DNA of 63,532 nt, the filler included. It is 4 parts of 4 records of this genome, joined end to end, with 100 filler letters (N's around TTAATTAATTAA, not from the genome) between each part and the next. Parts side by side here need not be neighbours in the genome. Positions count along the whole stretch, not along the records: positions 24,621 to 39,760 come from SRR31156797_2447; 3 more parts are not named here. One strand, written 5' to 3'. The notes beneath the pieces were generated by a model. The model was given only the letters and a program-made list of their open reading frames with translations, was not told the DNA's origin and did not search any database. Shown one piece after another: positions 30,804 to 39,755 of this stretch. Made by a program: the position numbers and the translations under genes. Numbering within the stretch: the stretch's first letter is position 1; every line of letters starts with the position of its first letter.

Positions 30804-32033
30804 TTAGGCTGTTTTTAATTCAGCAGGTTCAGTTACTTCGTTTTCACTTGAAGCTACAATAAGTGCACATGATGCATCTCCTACGACATTTACTGATGTT
30901 CTCGCCATATCTAAGATTCTATCAATTCCGGCAATTAATGCAAGTCCCTCAAGAGGTAATCCAACTGATTGAAGTACAAGAGTTAACATGATAAACCCGG
31001 CTCCAGGTACTCCTGCAGTTCCAATTGAACCAAGAGTTGCTGTTAATATAATTGTAGCAATTTGTCCAATAGTTAATTCTATACCATAGACTTGAGCTAA
31101 GAATAGTGCACAGACACCCTGATAAAGAGCTGTACCATCCATATTAATAGTAGCACCAAGAGGAAGTACGAATGATGATATTTTTTCAGATACACCAAGG
31201 TTTTCTCTAGAACATCTAATAGTTACAGGTAAAGTTCCTGATGAACTAGTTGTACTGAATGCTGTAATAGCTGCAGGTGCGATTCCTTTTAGGAATTGTG
31301 GAACTGATAGTTTTGTAAATACTTTAACTGCTGTTGAGTAAGTGATAATTACATGAAGTACACATCCTAAATATACAGCACCAATAACTTTAGCAAGTGG
31401 TAGTAAAACGTCAAGTCCGTAACTTGCAACTACAGGTACGATTAATGCGAATACACCAAATGGTGCTAACATCATAATGAAAGATGTAATTTTATACATA
31501 ATCTCAGCTGTAGCATCAAAGAATTTTACAAATGCTTCAGATTTCTCTTTTGGTAATGCAGTACAACCAACACCAAGAAACAGTGCAAATGCGATAACCT
31601 GTAGAATTTTCCCGTCAATAAGTGCTTTTAAAGGATTTTTTGGAATAATATTAATTAATGTATCTGATAATGCAGGTGCAGTAACAGATTTTGCCGTAGC
31701 ATCAACTGGTATAGTTAAACCCAGACCCGGTTTGAATACCATTGATAATACTAATCCAATAGTAACTGCGATTGCAGTTGTAACTAAATAGTAAGCAAGA
31801 GTTTTTCCTCCAACTCTTCCAAGAGTTTTTGGATCACCAATACTTGCTGCTCCAACCACTAGAGATGAGAATACTAACGGTACTATTACCATTTTGATCA
31901 TATTCAGAAACAGAGTTCCAAATGGTTTGACAAACTTTGTTGCCATTTCCGGTGTAGCTTGAAGCATCATTCCCACAAAAACTCCAAGGATCAGACCGAT
32001 AAAGATTTTTGTTGTTAATTGCATTTTTTTCAT
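30804..32033 (-). CDS. Dicarboxylate/amino acid:cation symporter (GltP/GltPh family)
   Basis: AFSTTSSSGTLP, LPLGATINMDGTALY, GTAGVPGAG, DRILDMARTSVNVVGD. Confidence 0.95.
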   Translation of the reverse strand: MKKMQLTTKIFIGLILGVFVGMMLQATPEMATKFVKPFGTLFLNMIKMVIVPLVFSSLVVGAASIGDPKTLGRVGGKTLAYYLVTTAIAVTIGLVLSMVFKPGLGLTIPVDATAKSVTAPALSDTLINIIPKNPLKALIDGKILQVIAFALFLGVGCTALPKEKSEAFVKFFDATAEIMYKITSFIMMLAPFGVFALIVPVVASYGLDVLLPLAKVIGAVYLGCVLHVIITYSTAVKVFTKLSVPQFLKGIAPAAITAFSTTSSSGTLPVTIRCSRENLGVSEKISSFVLPLGATINMDGTALYQGVCALFLAQVYGIELTIGQIATIILTATLGSIGTAGVPGAGFIMLTLVLQSVGLPLEGLALIAGIDRILDMARTSVNVVGDASCALIVASSENEVTEPAELKTA

Positions 32034-32269
32034 AGACAGACTCCTCCTTATGGAAAACTTTTAATCGTGATTGAGTTATAAATTAATAAATCATCGATGT
32101 TTAACGATATTTGCTAATTCATTCTAAAATATTTGAGTTTTCCAAATAATTAATTTCTCAAAAGTTAATTTTGCTGTTCAAATTTTCGTACAAAAGAACT
32201 CATAAGTTGTAATTATTTATACGAAATATAGTAAACATTTTTTAGATTAATTAATTATATTATTAAGAG

Positions 32270-32306
32270 GACAGGAAAAGACTGTATGAGACAGAAAGGG
32301 ACAAAA
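32270..32306 (-). promoter_or_regulatory. 10-bp-phased direct repeats upstream of the transporter (putative GlnL-type binding site)
   Basis: GACAG/GACTG/GACAG/GACAA starting at 32270, 32280, 32290 and 32300. Confidence 0.5.
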
Positions 32307-32872
32307 ATGATATATTAATAGTTTATATAGTAACTATTAAGTCAATGAAATAGGGAGTTTGCTGAATTGATAAGTGTGGAAAGAGCTGAAAAAATAATGA
32401 GATTAATGTCAAAATTGCTATTTTAGCAGATTATAGCATATATATATAAAATAAGTAAAGTTTATTATTTATGAAATTTATGTATTTAAAACTGTAAAGA
32501 GTTAAACTAAAAAACTGGAAAAATAAATAAATTATAAATTTTTTTTGAATAATTTATAAAAAAATATTATTACGGAATAAGTGTTAGTATAACGAGTTAT
32601 TGCTATTCAAGGTGTTTAGAAAGTGAAAATGGAACGCATTGCATCGAAAAAAGGGTAGGATTTGTTCGAAAAAGCATTTGGATGTCAAAAAGAAGAATTT
32701 TAATTACTATTAACAAAAATTGTTTTTTATCAACATGATACTTGTTTTTAGAATAACTATGTGTTAGAATTGAATTAGAGAGTTTGTTTACATTTAGCAA
32801 ATTAGAACAAAAAATAACACCATACAGTATTTGTGAAATGTTGTATACAATTTAATATAGTAATTGTCGTGA

Positions 32873-32945
32873 AGAGAGCGAGTTGGTTTGCAGACCTAGT
32901 CGCTCTCTAGGACTTAAAGGTGCTGGCACACCTGTAAGAACCAGT
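32873..32945. ncRNA. Putative two-hairpin RNA with a convergent antisense promoter
   Basis: Stem GAGAGCGA...TCGCTCTC and stem CTTAAAGGTG-CTGGCA-CACCTGTAAG; minus-strand promoter TTCTCA-17-(TGC)TATAAT pointing into them. Confidence 0.45.
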
Positions 32946-33172
32946 ATAATTATAGCATAAGGATTATGTTTTGAGAAGAGTGGCGGGGATTTTTTGATTT
33001 ATATGTTTTTTAAAGCATATGCTCAATACTTCTTTTTGACAACATATTTTGTGGTATAGCTTAGTTATGATTACATGTTTTGAATGGTTAATAATTCTAT
33101 TAGAGAATTTATTAAGCATTCATATTTTGTATACTTAACTTCTTATTAAATACTTGTTTGGATTATATAGCC

Positions 33173-33199
33173 AGCCGCTTTTAAGTGGCTGTTTTTTTT
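33173..33199 (+). terminator. Rho-independent terminator
   Basis: CAGCCGCTT-tt-AAGTGGCTG followed by T8; no sizeable ORF upstream. Confidence 0.75.
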
Positions 33200-33263
33200 G
33201 TTTTTGAAGCAAACTCTCTACTATATAAATCTTATATTAACTTACAAAAGCGGGAGGGAAAGT

Positions 33264-33575
33264 ATGGACGGCTTCAAAATAAGTAAAGAGCGGAGAAAAG
33301 TATTAGGGAAAGAACTTAGGAAAAGACGGAATTTAGAAAGTTTAACTATTAATGATACTGCTAAAATAATAGGGGTAAGACCTTCTTTTATTGAGCGGCT
33401 GGAAAAAGGGGATATTCCGGTAATAAATCCATTAATTTTAATTAAAATGGGAAGAATATTGAAAGTAAACTATATCATTCTATATCAAATACTTGGTTAT
33501 GTTCATAATAAAGCTGTTTTGAAATACATTACTGCTGAAGATGATGTTTATCCAATAAGTGAACTAGAAGGGTGA
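33264..33575 (+). CDS. XRE-family HTH protein
   Basis: SD GGGAGG then ATG at 33264; LGKELRKRR..LTINDTAKIIGVRPSFIERLEKG. Confidence 0.85.
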   Translation: MDGFKISKERRKVLGKELRKRRNLESLTINDTAKIIGVRPSFIERLEKGDIPVINPLILIKMGRILKVNYIILYQILGYVHNKAVLKYITAEDDVYPISELEG

Positions 33576-33584
33576 GGAAATAGA

Positions 33585-33782
33585 ATGACTAGAAGTGATA
33601 TACAAGATATGTATTTTATAATACTTGAGATAGTTACGGAGGCAGGCTATTGTCCTTATGATAATTCTTGTCCAAATATGAGCAAAAAAGAGCTTGAAAA
33701 TTGTGTAGAGTGTATTTCAGAGCATATAGTAAACTCAGGTAAATTGAAAAAGGATATATTAGATGTAATTTTGGGAGAATAG
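33585..33782 (+). CDS. Small hypothetical protein with four Cys (CPxxxxC...CxxC)
   Basis: SD GAGG, 9 nt after the XRE stop; followed by the GGGAGAAT/ATTCTCC-T8 terminator. Confidence 0.7.
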   Translation: MTRSDIQDMYFIILEIVTEAGYCPYDNSCPNMSKKELENCVECISEHIVNSGKLKKDILDVILGE

Positions 33783-33801
33783 TTATTCTCCCTTTTTTTT
33801 T
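33772..33801 (+). terminator. Rho-independent terminator
   Basis: GGGAGAATAG-TTATTCTCCC plus T-run. Confidence 0.8.
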
Positions 33802-33896
33802 GCTTTGCACAATCATATACCTTATATATATTTAGATTTCAAATAATATATTTTATTTACTGATAAGAGGGTGGTAGAATTATAGTAGAAATTTAA

Positions 33897-34502
33897 ATGG
33901 AGGTGATTGTTAAAATGTTTGAGGTATCAGTGAGAAAGAAATTTACTAAAGAAAAAATAGAGTTAAATTGCGAATTTTCTTTTGAAAAAGGAGAATTTAT
34001 AACATTATATGGTAAAGATGGATCTGGAAATGAAAAATTACTGGATGTTTTGGAAGAGAGTGAAAGATATATCAACTCTGATACTCAGGATCATTTAACT
34101 ATATTGCCTTTAAATGATTTAGTCAAATTTCTGAATAATAAAAATATCAAAACGAATATATATACAGCAGTAGGCAAAAAAAACAGGAAATTTGGTAATG
34201 AGATAATAGAGCAGTTGGAACTAAAAAGATTTGAAAAACTCTATCCCTCAGCTGTAAATTATCGAGATTTTCAAAGGTTTATTTTTGGAATGTGTTTGGC
34301 TAAACAACCTGATATATTGACTATTCATAAACCACTTAACTCTTTTTCATTTGATCTTGAAAATAAATTAGAGTATTTTTATGAAAAGTATGGAATTACA
34401 ATTATTAGTTTAACAGATGATTTTAAAAATGTACCAAAGTTAGCGTCGAAACTTCTTTTTATTCATAATGGAGAGGTTAACAAAACAATGTTGCTGTCAT
34501 AA
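33897..34502 (+). CDS. Degenerate ABC ATP-binding-like protein (ModC-like), catalytic motifs lost
   Basis: GEFITLYGKDGSGNE (Walker A), YPSAVNYRDFQR (signature region), PDILTIHKP (Walker B), SLTDD (H-loop); start may be 33916. Confidence 0.7.
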   Translation: MEVIVKMFEVSVRKKFTKEKIELNCEFSFEKGEFITLYGKDGSGNEKLLDVLEESERYINSDTQDHLTILPLNDLVKFLNNKNIKTNIYTAVGKKNRKFGNEIIEQLELKRFEKLYPSAVNYRDFQRFIFGMCLAKQPDILTIHKPLNSFSFDLENKLEYFYEKYGITIISLTDDFKNVPKLASKLLFIHNGEVNKTMLLS

Positions 34503-34542
34503 AATTCGAATTCCCAGAATTTCGAAAAATTAAGTATAAATT

Positions 34543-34573
34543 GAGTCGGTTTAGCCGGCTTTTTTATTTTTTT
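34543..34573 (+). terminator. Rho-independent terminator
   Basis: AGTCGG-ttta-GCCGGCT plus T-run. Confidence 0.7.
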
Positions 34574-34580
34574 TGAAATA

Positions 34581-34631
34581 TAGTTGCGCTACCAACTAAA
34601 AAGTAGTATAATATCGTTGGTAGGCCAACTA
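34581..34631 (+). promoter_or_regulatory. Promoter with two MarR operator palindromes
   Basis: TAGTTG-N6-CAACTA at 34581-34598 and TCGTTG-N6-CAACTA at 34614-34631, flanking and overlapping TTGCGC-17-TATAAT (34584-34612). Confidence 0.8.
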
Positions 34632-34679
34632 TACTTTATTGGAGGTTGAATTTTAAAATTTTTGGAGGTGCAAAATAAA

Positions 34680-35102
34680 ATGTTAATAGAAAATCCTTTA
34701 GGAAAGCAAATCGCTCAATGTGGAAGAGAAATACATTATCTTATAAGTGAGAAATTAAATAAATTAAATCTGGGTAGCGGGCAATTTTTTATTGTGATCA
34801 AAGTGGTGCAGAATGAAGGGATTTCACAAAATGCTCTCAGTAAACTTATGCATGTAGATAAAACAACGGCAGCAAAAGGAATAAAAAAAGTTATTGCAGA
34901 GGGATATATTCGTAAAGAGAGAGATGAAGAGGATAAAAGATGTTATAAGCTCTATCCTACTGAAAAAGGAAAAGATATATATCCACAAATAATGGGAATA
35001 TTAAACGAAGTAGAGAGTAAAGTAATGTCCGGATTTAGCGAAGAGGAGTTAATACAGTTTATCTCTTTTCTTGATAGAGTAAGAGATAATGTTAAAAAGT
35101 AG
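34680..35102 (+). CDS. MarR-family regulator
   Basis: EGISQNALSKLMHVDKTTAAKGIKK..EGYI...DEEDKR..LYPTEKG; ATG at 34680 follows GGAGG. Confidence 0.92.
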   Translation: MLIENPLGKQIAQCGREIHYLISEKLNKLNLGSGQFFIVIKVVQNEGISQNALSKLMHVDKTTAAKGIKKVIAEGYIRKERDEEDKRCYKLYPTEKGKDIYPQIMGILNEVESKVMSGFSEEELIQFISFLDRVRDNVKK

Positions 35103-35143
35103 GTTTCTTTAGTTTAGCTAAAGGGCTTTAGGAGGTAAGAAAT

Positions 35144-36508
35144 ATGGAAAATATAAAAAAAATGGGTACAGAAAACATATTTAAACTATTAATGGAATTA
35201 TCAATTCCAGCAATAATTGCAAGTTTGGTATTTGCACTTTATAACATAGTTGATAGAATTTTTATAGGTAAAGGTCTTGGAGCTTTTGCTATGACAGGAG
35301 TAAGTATTACATTTCCTATATTTATGATATATATAGCTATAGGAATGTTAATCGGTCAGGGTGGAGGAGCGCTGGCATCAATAAAACTCGGAGAAGGAAA
35401 AAAGGATGAGGCAGATAAAATATTAGGAAACTCATTAATGCTGTTTTTTATTATGAGTATTTTAATACTAATATTCGGAACACTTTTTATGGATAAATTA
35501 CTTGTATTGTTTGGAGCAACTGAGAATACGATTGTTTATGCAAAACCTTATTTGAGAATTATTAATTCAATACAGTTCTTTGGATTTACGGCAATGGGAT
35601 TAAATAGCTTCATCAGGTCCGAAGGGAATGCAAAAATTGCAATGTTTTCAATGGTTCTGGGAGCTGTAATAAATATAATTCTTGATCCGTTATTTATATT
35701 TGTATTTAAGATGGGAATAGCAGGGGCTGCATATGCGACAGCAGTTGGTAATGTTATTTCGGGGATATTTATTATATATCATTTTACTAAAAGTAAAAAA
35801 TCAATTTTAAAATTAAGTTTTGAATCATTAAAACCTGATTTCAAATTAATAGCTGCTATGCTGACAATTGGAGTATCACCATTTTCACTTCAAATAGCTA
35901 CGAGTCTTGTAAATGCAATAGCAAACAATACTTTATTAGAGTATGGTGGAGATCTGGCAATAGGAGCAATGGGGATAATTACAACTATTCAAATGATGGT
36001 AATGATAATATTACAAGGGATTAATGCAGGAAGTCAGCCGATTTTGGGTTATAATTACGGAGCAAAACAATATGATAGAGTTAAACAAACGCTATTTATG
36101 GCAATTATAATTAGTATGCTTCTGGCATTTGGATTATTTCTGGTGATTATGATTTTCCCTAAATTTTTTATTAATTTATTTAATAAAGGAAATATAGAGT
36201 TAGCTAATATAGGTATCCATGGTATAAAAATCTATTTATCTACGATAGTGTTCAATGCTTTTTATATAATAGGTGCAAACTATTTTCAGGCTATAAATCA
36301 ACCAATGAAATCAATGGTTTTAAATTTATCCAGACAATTAGTATTGTTTATACCGGCACTTTTGATATTTCCAAATTATATGGGACTAGATGGTGTGTGG
36401 TTTGCAGGACCTTTTGCAGATATAATTATTTCGGTGATAACTTTTGCATTTATTTTCAAAAATATCAAAAAATTAGATGAATCATCTCTAAATGTTAATT
36501 TGACTTAA
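35144..36508 (+). CDS. MATE efflux transporter (MepA-like)
   Basis: ALYNIVDRIFIG, NIILDPLFIF..GIAGAAYAT, QPILGYNYGA; about 12 TM segments. Confidence 0.93.
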   Translation: MENIKKMGTENIFKLLMELSIPAIIASLVFALYNIVDRIFIGKGLGAFAMTGVSITFPIFMIYIAIGMLIGQGGGALASIKLGEGKKDEADKILGNSLMLFFIMSILILIFGTLFMDKLLVLFGATENTIVYAKPYLRIINSIQFFGFTAMGLNSFIRSEGNAKIAMFSMVLGAVINIILDPLFIFVFKMGIAGAAYATAVGNVISGIFIIYHFTKSKKSILKLSFESLKPDFKLIAAMLTIGVSPFSLQIATSLVNAIANNTLLEYGGDLAIGAMGIITTIQMMVMIILQGINAGSQPILGYNYGAKQYDRVKQTLFMAIIISMLLAFGLFLVIMIFPKFFINLFNKGNIELANIGIHGIKIYLSTIVFNAFYIIGANYFQAINQPMKSMVLNLSRQLVLFIPALLIFPNYMGLDGVWFAGPFADIIISVITFAFIFKNIKKLDESSLNVNLT

Positions 36509-36626
36509 AGAGTTTATATTATTTAGAAGGTAAAAGTTAAAAGAAACATAATTAAAATTAAGTGAAATCACAGAATATATATGCTATAATGATACCTGTA
36601 AAAAAAGAATAGAGGGGTATGGGTCA

Positions 36627-37964
36627 ATGAATGAAAAACAAAAGCAGTTAGGTGAAGAGAGAATAGGTAAATTATTAATGAAATTTTCTCTGCCTGCAGT
36701 AGCAGGTATGTTAATTGGAGCTTTATATAATATCATAGATAGAATTTTCATTGGTAAAGCGATAGGGTCATATGCTATAGCAGGAGTTGGATTAGCCTTT
36801 CCTGTAATGGCAATAATTTTAGCTTTTGGGCTTTTATTTGGAATAGGTGGTTCAACACTTATTTCTATCAGGCTTGGTGAGAAAAAACATCATGAAGCTG
36901 AAAAAATACTAGGAAATATTTTCGTACTATTAATTATATTGGGAATAAGTATTACAGTTCTTGGAACTTTATTAATTGACCCACTTTTAAATGTATTAGG
37001 TGCCGGAGATCAAACATTTATTTATGCTAAAAAATATATGTCGGTAATAATGTCAGGTTCTGTTTTTGCAATGCTGGCATATGGAATGAATCACTCGGTT
37101 CGTTCAGATGGTAATCCTAAAATAGCTATGTTAAGTAGTTTTATAGGAGCACTTACAAATATCTTCTTAGATTATCTCTTCATTATGAGATTCGGATGGG
37201 GAATTAAAGGAGCAGCGTATGCAACAATAATCGGACAGGCTTTTACAGCGATTTGGGTACTTTATTACTTCACAAAAGGTGGAGGACACATTAAACTTAA
37301 GGCTAAATATTTCAAATTAGACTTTGTAACTGTAAAAGATGTATCTGCAATTGGGATATCATCGTTTTTAATTCAGTTTACAGCTAGTATAGCAGGAACA
37401 TTTGCCAATAGAGCTTTGAAAGCAACAGGTGGAGAGATTGCAATAGGGGCAATGGCAATTATTATGAGTACAGTTATGTTGTTCTTTATGCCAATAATTG
37501 GTTTGAGGCAGGGAGCACAGCCTATAATAGGATTTAACTTCGGTGCAAAAGAGTTTGAAAGAGTTAAGAAAACTTTTTGGCTTGGAACAATTGTTTCTAC
37601 GGTAGCTTCAACTGTAGCATTTATCTTGATTCAGGTATTCCCACAGTTTTTCATAGAGTTATTCACGAAAAATGCTGAGGTTCTGGGAATTGGAATGACT
37701 GGTATGAGAATAATTATACTGATGCTTGCAACAGTTGGTTTCCAGATAATGGTAACGACTTTTTTCCAGGCAATCGGGGATTCAAAAATGGCACTATTTT
37801 TAAGTGTACTTAGACAAGCTTTACTTTTAATACCTTTACTATTAATTTTACCTAGATTCTTTGGAATTATGGGAGTTTGGATATCATATCCAATAGCTGA
37901 CGGAATAGCATTTTTAGTTTGCCTATATTTAGTTAGAAAAAAAATGAAAATGGTTTTAGCATAA
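36627..37964 (+). CDS. MATE efflux transporter (MepA-like), second paralog
   Basis: ALYNIIDRIFIG, RSDGNP, QPIIGFNFGA. Confidence 0.93.
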   Translation: MNEKQKQLGEERIGKLLMKFSLPAVAGMLIGALYNIIDRIFIGKAIGSYAIAGVGLAFPVMAIILAFGLLFGIGGSTLISIRLGEKKHHEAEKILGNIFVLLIILGISITVLGTLLIDPLLNVLGAGDQTFIYAKKYMSVIMSGSVFAMLAYGMNHSVRSDGNPKIAMLSSFIGALTNIFLDYLFIMRFGWGIKGAAYATIIGQAFTAIWVLYYFTKGGGHIKLKAKYFKLDFVTVKDVSAIGISSFLIQFTASIAGTFANRALKATGGEIAIGAMAIIMSTVMLFFMPIIGLRQGAQPIIGFNFGAKEFERVKKTFWLGTIVSTVASTVAFILIQVFPQFFIELFTKNAEVLGIGMTGMRIIILMLATVGFQIMVTTFFQAIGDSKMALFLSVLRQALLLIPLLLILPRFFGIMGVWISYPIADGIAFLVCLYLVRKKMKMVLA

Positions 37965-37986
37965 AAATTAAATATATTGATATATT

Positions 37987-38016
37987 AAGCTGGCTTATTG
38001 ATGAGTCAGCTTTTTT
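37987..38016 (+). terminator. Rho-independent terminator
   Basis: AAGCTGGCTTAT...ATGAGTCAGCTT plus T-run. Confidence 0.8.
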
Positions 38017-38147
38017 AATACGATGGAAAAGTATAAACTTGAGAAATTTTAGGAAGAGGTTGGTTACTTAAATTTTTTTAAGTTGAAGATTTTTCTTGAT
38101 ACTCAAATAAAGGAAATTTGTATTTAGCTATAAAATAGTATTAGGAG

Positions 38148-38783
38148 GTGATACAGATTTTAGAAAGAGAAAACATGCTAAATGATCAGATTAAAGCCAG
38201 AGGAATAAAAAATCTAAAAGTTTTGCAAGCATTACAAGAGATCCCGAGACATAAATTTGTCCCAACTCAGCTTGTTTATAATGCGTATGATGATAATCCG
38301 CTTCCAATTGGTTATGGACAAACTATTTCACAACCATATATTGTTGCTTTAATGACTGAACTTATAGAGGTTGATGAAAAATCAAAAATATTGGAAATAG
38401 GAACAGGCTCAGGATATCAGAGTGCTGTTTTAGCTCAAATAGCTGGAGAAGTCTACTCTGTAGAAATAGTAAAAGAATTGCAGGAAAGAGCAAAAGTAAC
38501 TATAGAAAAATTAGGAATTAAAAATATTGAGTTCAAAATCGGAGATGGACATGAGGGCTGGAAGGAAAAAGCACCTTATGATGCCATTATTGTAACCTGT
38601 GCTGCTCAAGAGCTACCCAGCTCACTTATAGAGCAATTAAAAGTTGGAGGCAGATTGTGTATTCCTGTAGGTGAAAAATTTGCTACTCAGCAACTTTTAT
38701 TAATTAAAAAAATTAATAATGAAAAAATTGAGAGTAAACTGATTGCTCATGTGAGGTTTGTGCCATTAGTTAGAAAAAAATAA
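38148..38783 (+). CDS. pcm: Protein-L-isoaspartate O-methyltransferase
   Basis: PLPIGYGQTISQPYIVA, LEIGTGSGYQ, GDGHEGW...APYDAI, VRFVPL; start may be 38175. Confidence 0.95.
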   Translation: MIQILERENMLNDQIKARGIKNLKVLQALQEIPRHKFVPTQLVYNAYDDNPLPIGYGQTISQPYIVALMTELIEVDEKSKILEIGTGSGYQSAVLAQIAGEVYSVEIVKELQERAKVTIEKLGIKNIEFKIGDGHEGWKEKAPYDAIIVTCAAQELPSSLIEQLKVGGRLCIPVGEKFATQQLLLIKKINNEKIESKLIAHVRFVPLVRKK

Positions 38784-38832
38784 AATACTATTCTAGATTT
38801 ATTAGTTCACAATAAATTTAGAATAGTATTTT
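38782..38832. terminator. Long AT-rich bidirectional terminator hairpin
   Basis: AAAATACTATTCTAGATTTATT ... AATAAATTTAGAATAGTATTTT. Confidence 0.75.
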
Positions 38833-39711
38833 TTATTTAAAATCAATATTTTTAATTAAATTTATAAATTTTTCACCAATCTCTAATTTTGAGAATTTTT
38901 CCGAATAAAATAATCTGGTAACTCTCTTTAAAGCTTCATTATTTTCATCATAAATCTTTATCTTAATTAAATTTTCTTTTCCACTCAAAACAGAAGCTGG
39001 TAGGATAGCATATCCGAGTCCCTGAGTAACCATTTTTAAACAAATATCTGATCTGTCAACTTTCATTTTTTTCTTGGGAGAATTTGAATAGTGATTTTTC
39101 CACCATTTATCAATTATACGATCAAATTGAAGATCACTTTCAAACTCTATTTTAGTCATATTTGGAAGATTATTTGTATTAATCTCTTCTGAATTGATAA
39201 TTAATAAATCCTCATCAAAAAGTAAAATTGATTTTTTATTTGACTGATGTTCCCCTCTTACGAAAGCCACATCTACTTCATTATTTTCAATTTTCTGAAT
39301 GATATTGCTACTCCAACCAGTAATAATGTCAAAATTTGCATGAGGGTATATCTGCTTAAAATCAGATAGTATTTGAGACAGATATTTTCTGGCAAAACCG
39401 TTGGGGATGGCTATTTTAATTGTTTCCTCACCTATTTTTTTTACTAAATTAAGTTCTGATTTGATATCTTCATAATTTTTAAGCATTTTTTTAGAATATT
39501 CTACCAGTATATTTCCTTCGTCAGTAAAAATAACACCTTTTGGTGTTCTATTGACAATTTGCACACTAAACTCCTCTTCTAAAGATTTGAGTCTTTTAGT
39601 AACAGCCGGTTGAGTTAAAAATAATTTGGCAGCTGCTTTAGTGATGTTCTTCTCTTCGTGTAGAGTTATTAATAACTCCCAATCATTTTGAATCATATTA
39701 TTTCGCTCCAT
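38833..39711 (-). CDS. LysR-family regulator
   Basis: NITKAAAKLFLTQPAVTKRLKSLEEEF..RTPKGV.FT.EG; substrate domain ..GLGYAILP. Confidence 0.93.
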   Translation of the reverse strand: MERNNMIQNDWELLITLHEEKNITKAAAKLFLTQPAVTKRLKSLEEEFSVQIVNRTPKGVIFTDEGNILVEYSKKMLKNYEDIKSELNLVKKIGEETIKIAIPNGFARKYLSQILSDFKQIYPHANFDIITGWSSNIIQKIENNEVDVAFVRGEHQSNKKSILLFDEDLLIINSEEINTNNLPNMTKIEFESDLQFDRIIDKWWKNHYSNSPKKKMKVDRSDICLKMVTQGLGYAILPASVLSGKENLIKIKIYDENNEALKRVTRLFYSEKFSKLEIGEKFINLIKNIDFK

Positions 39712-39730
39712 TTCAGGATAGCTTTAGTTA

Positions 39731-39755
39731 GTAGGGGCAGAATCTATTTCTGCCC
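39731..39755 (+). repeat. GTAG-family REP-like palindrome
   Basis: GTAG + GGGCAGAA-tctat-TTCTGCCC; the contig ends 5 nt later. Confidence 0.6.

Noticed and set aside
32630..32643. sigma54 promoter TGGAAC...TTGC
   Set aside because: The GG-to-GC spacing is 8 nt instead of the required 10.
32873..32940. tRNA-Cys fragment or a known riboswitch (c-di-GMP, glycine, T-box)
   Set aside because: No cloverleaf, TTC-arm or CCA, and I could not find the conserved riboswitch cores; kept only as an unassigned structured RNA.
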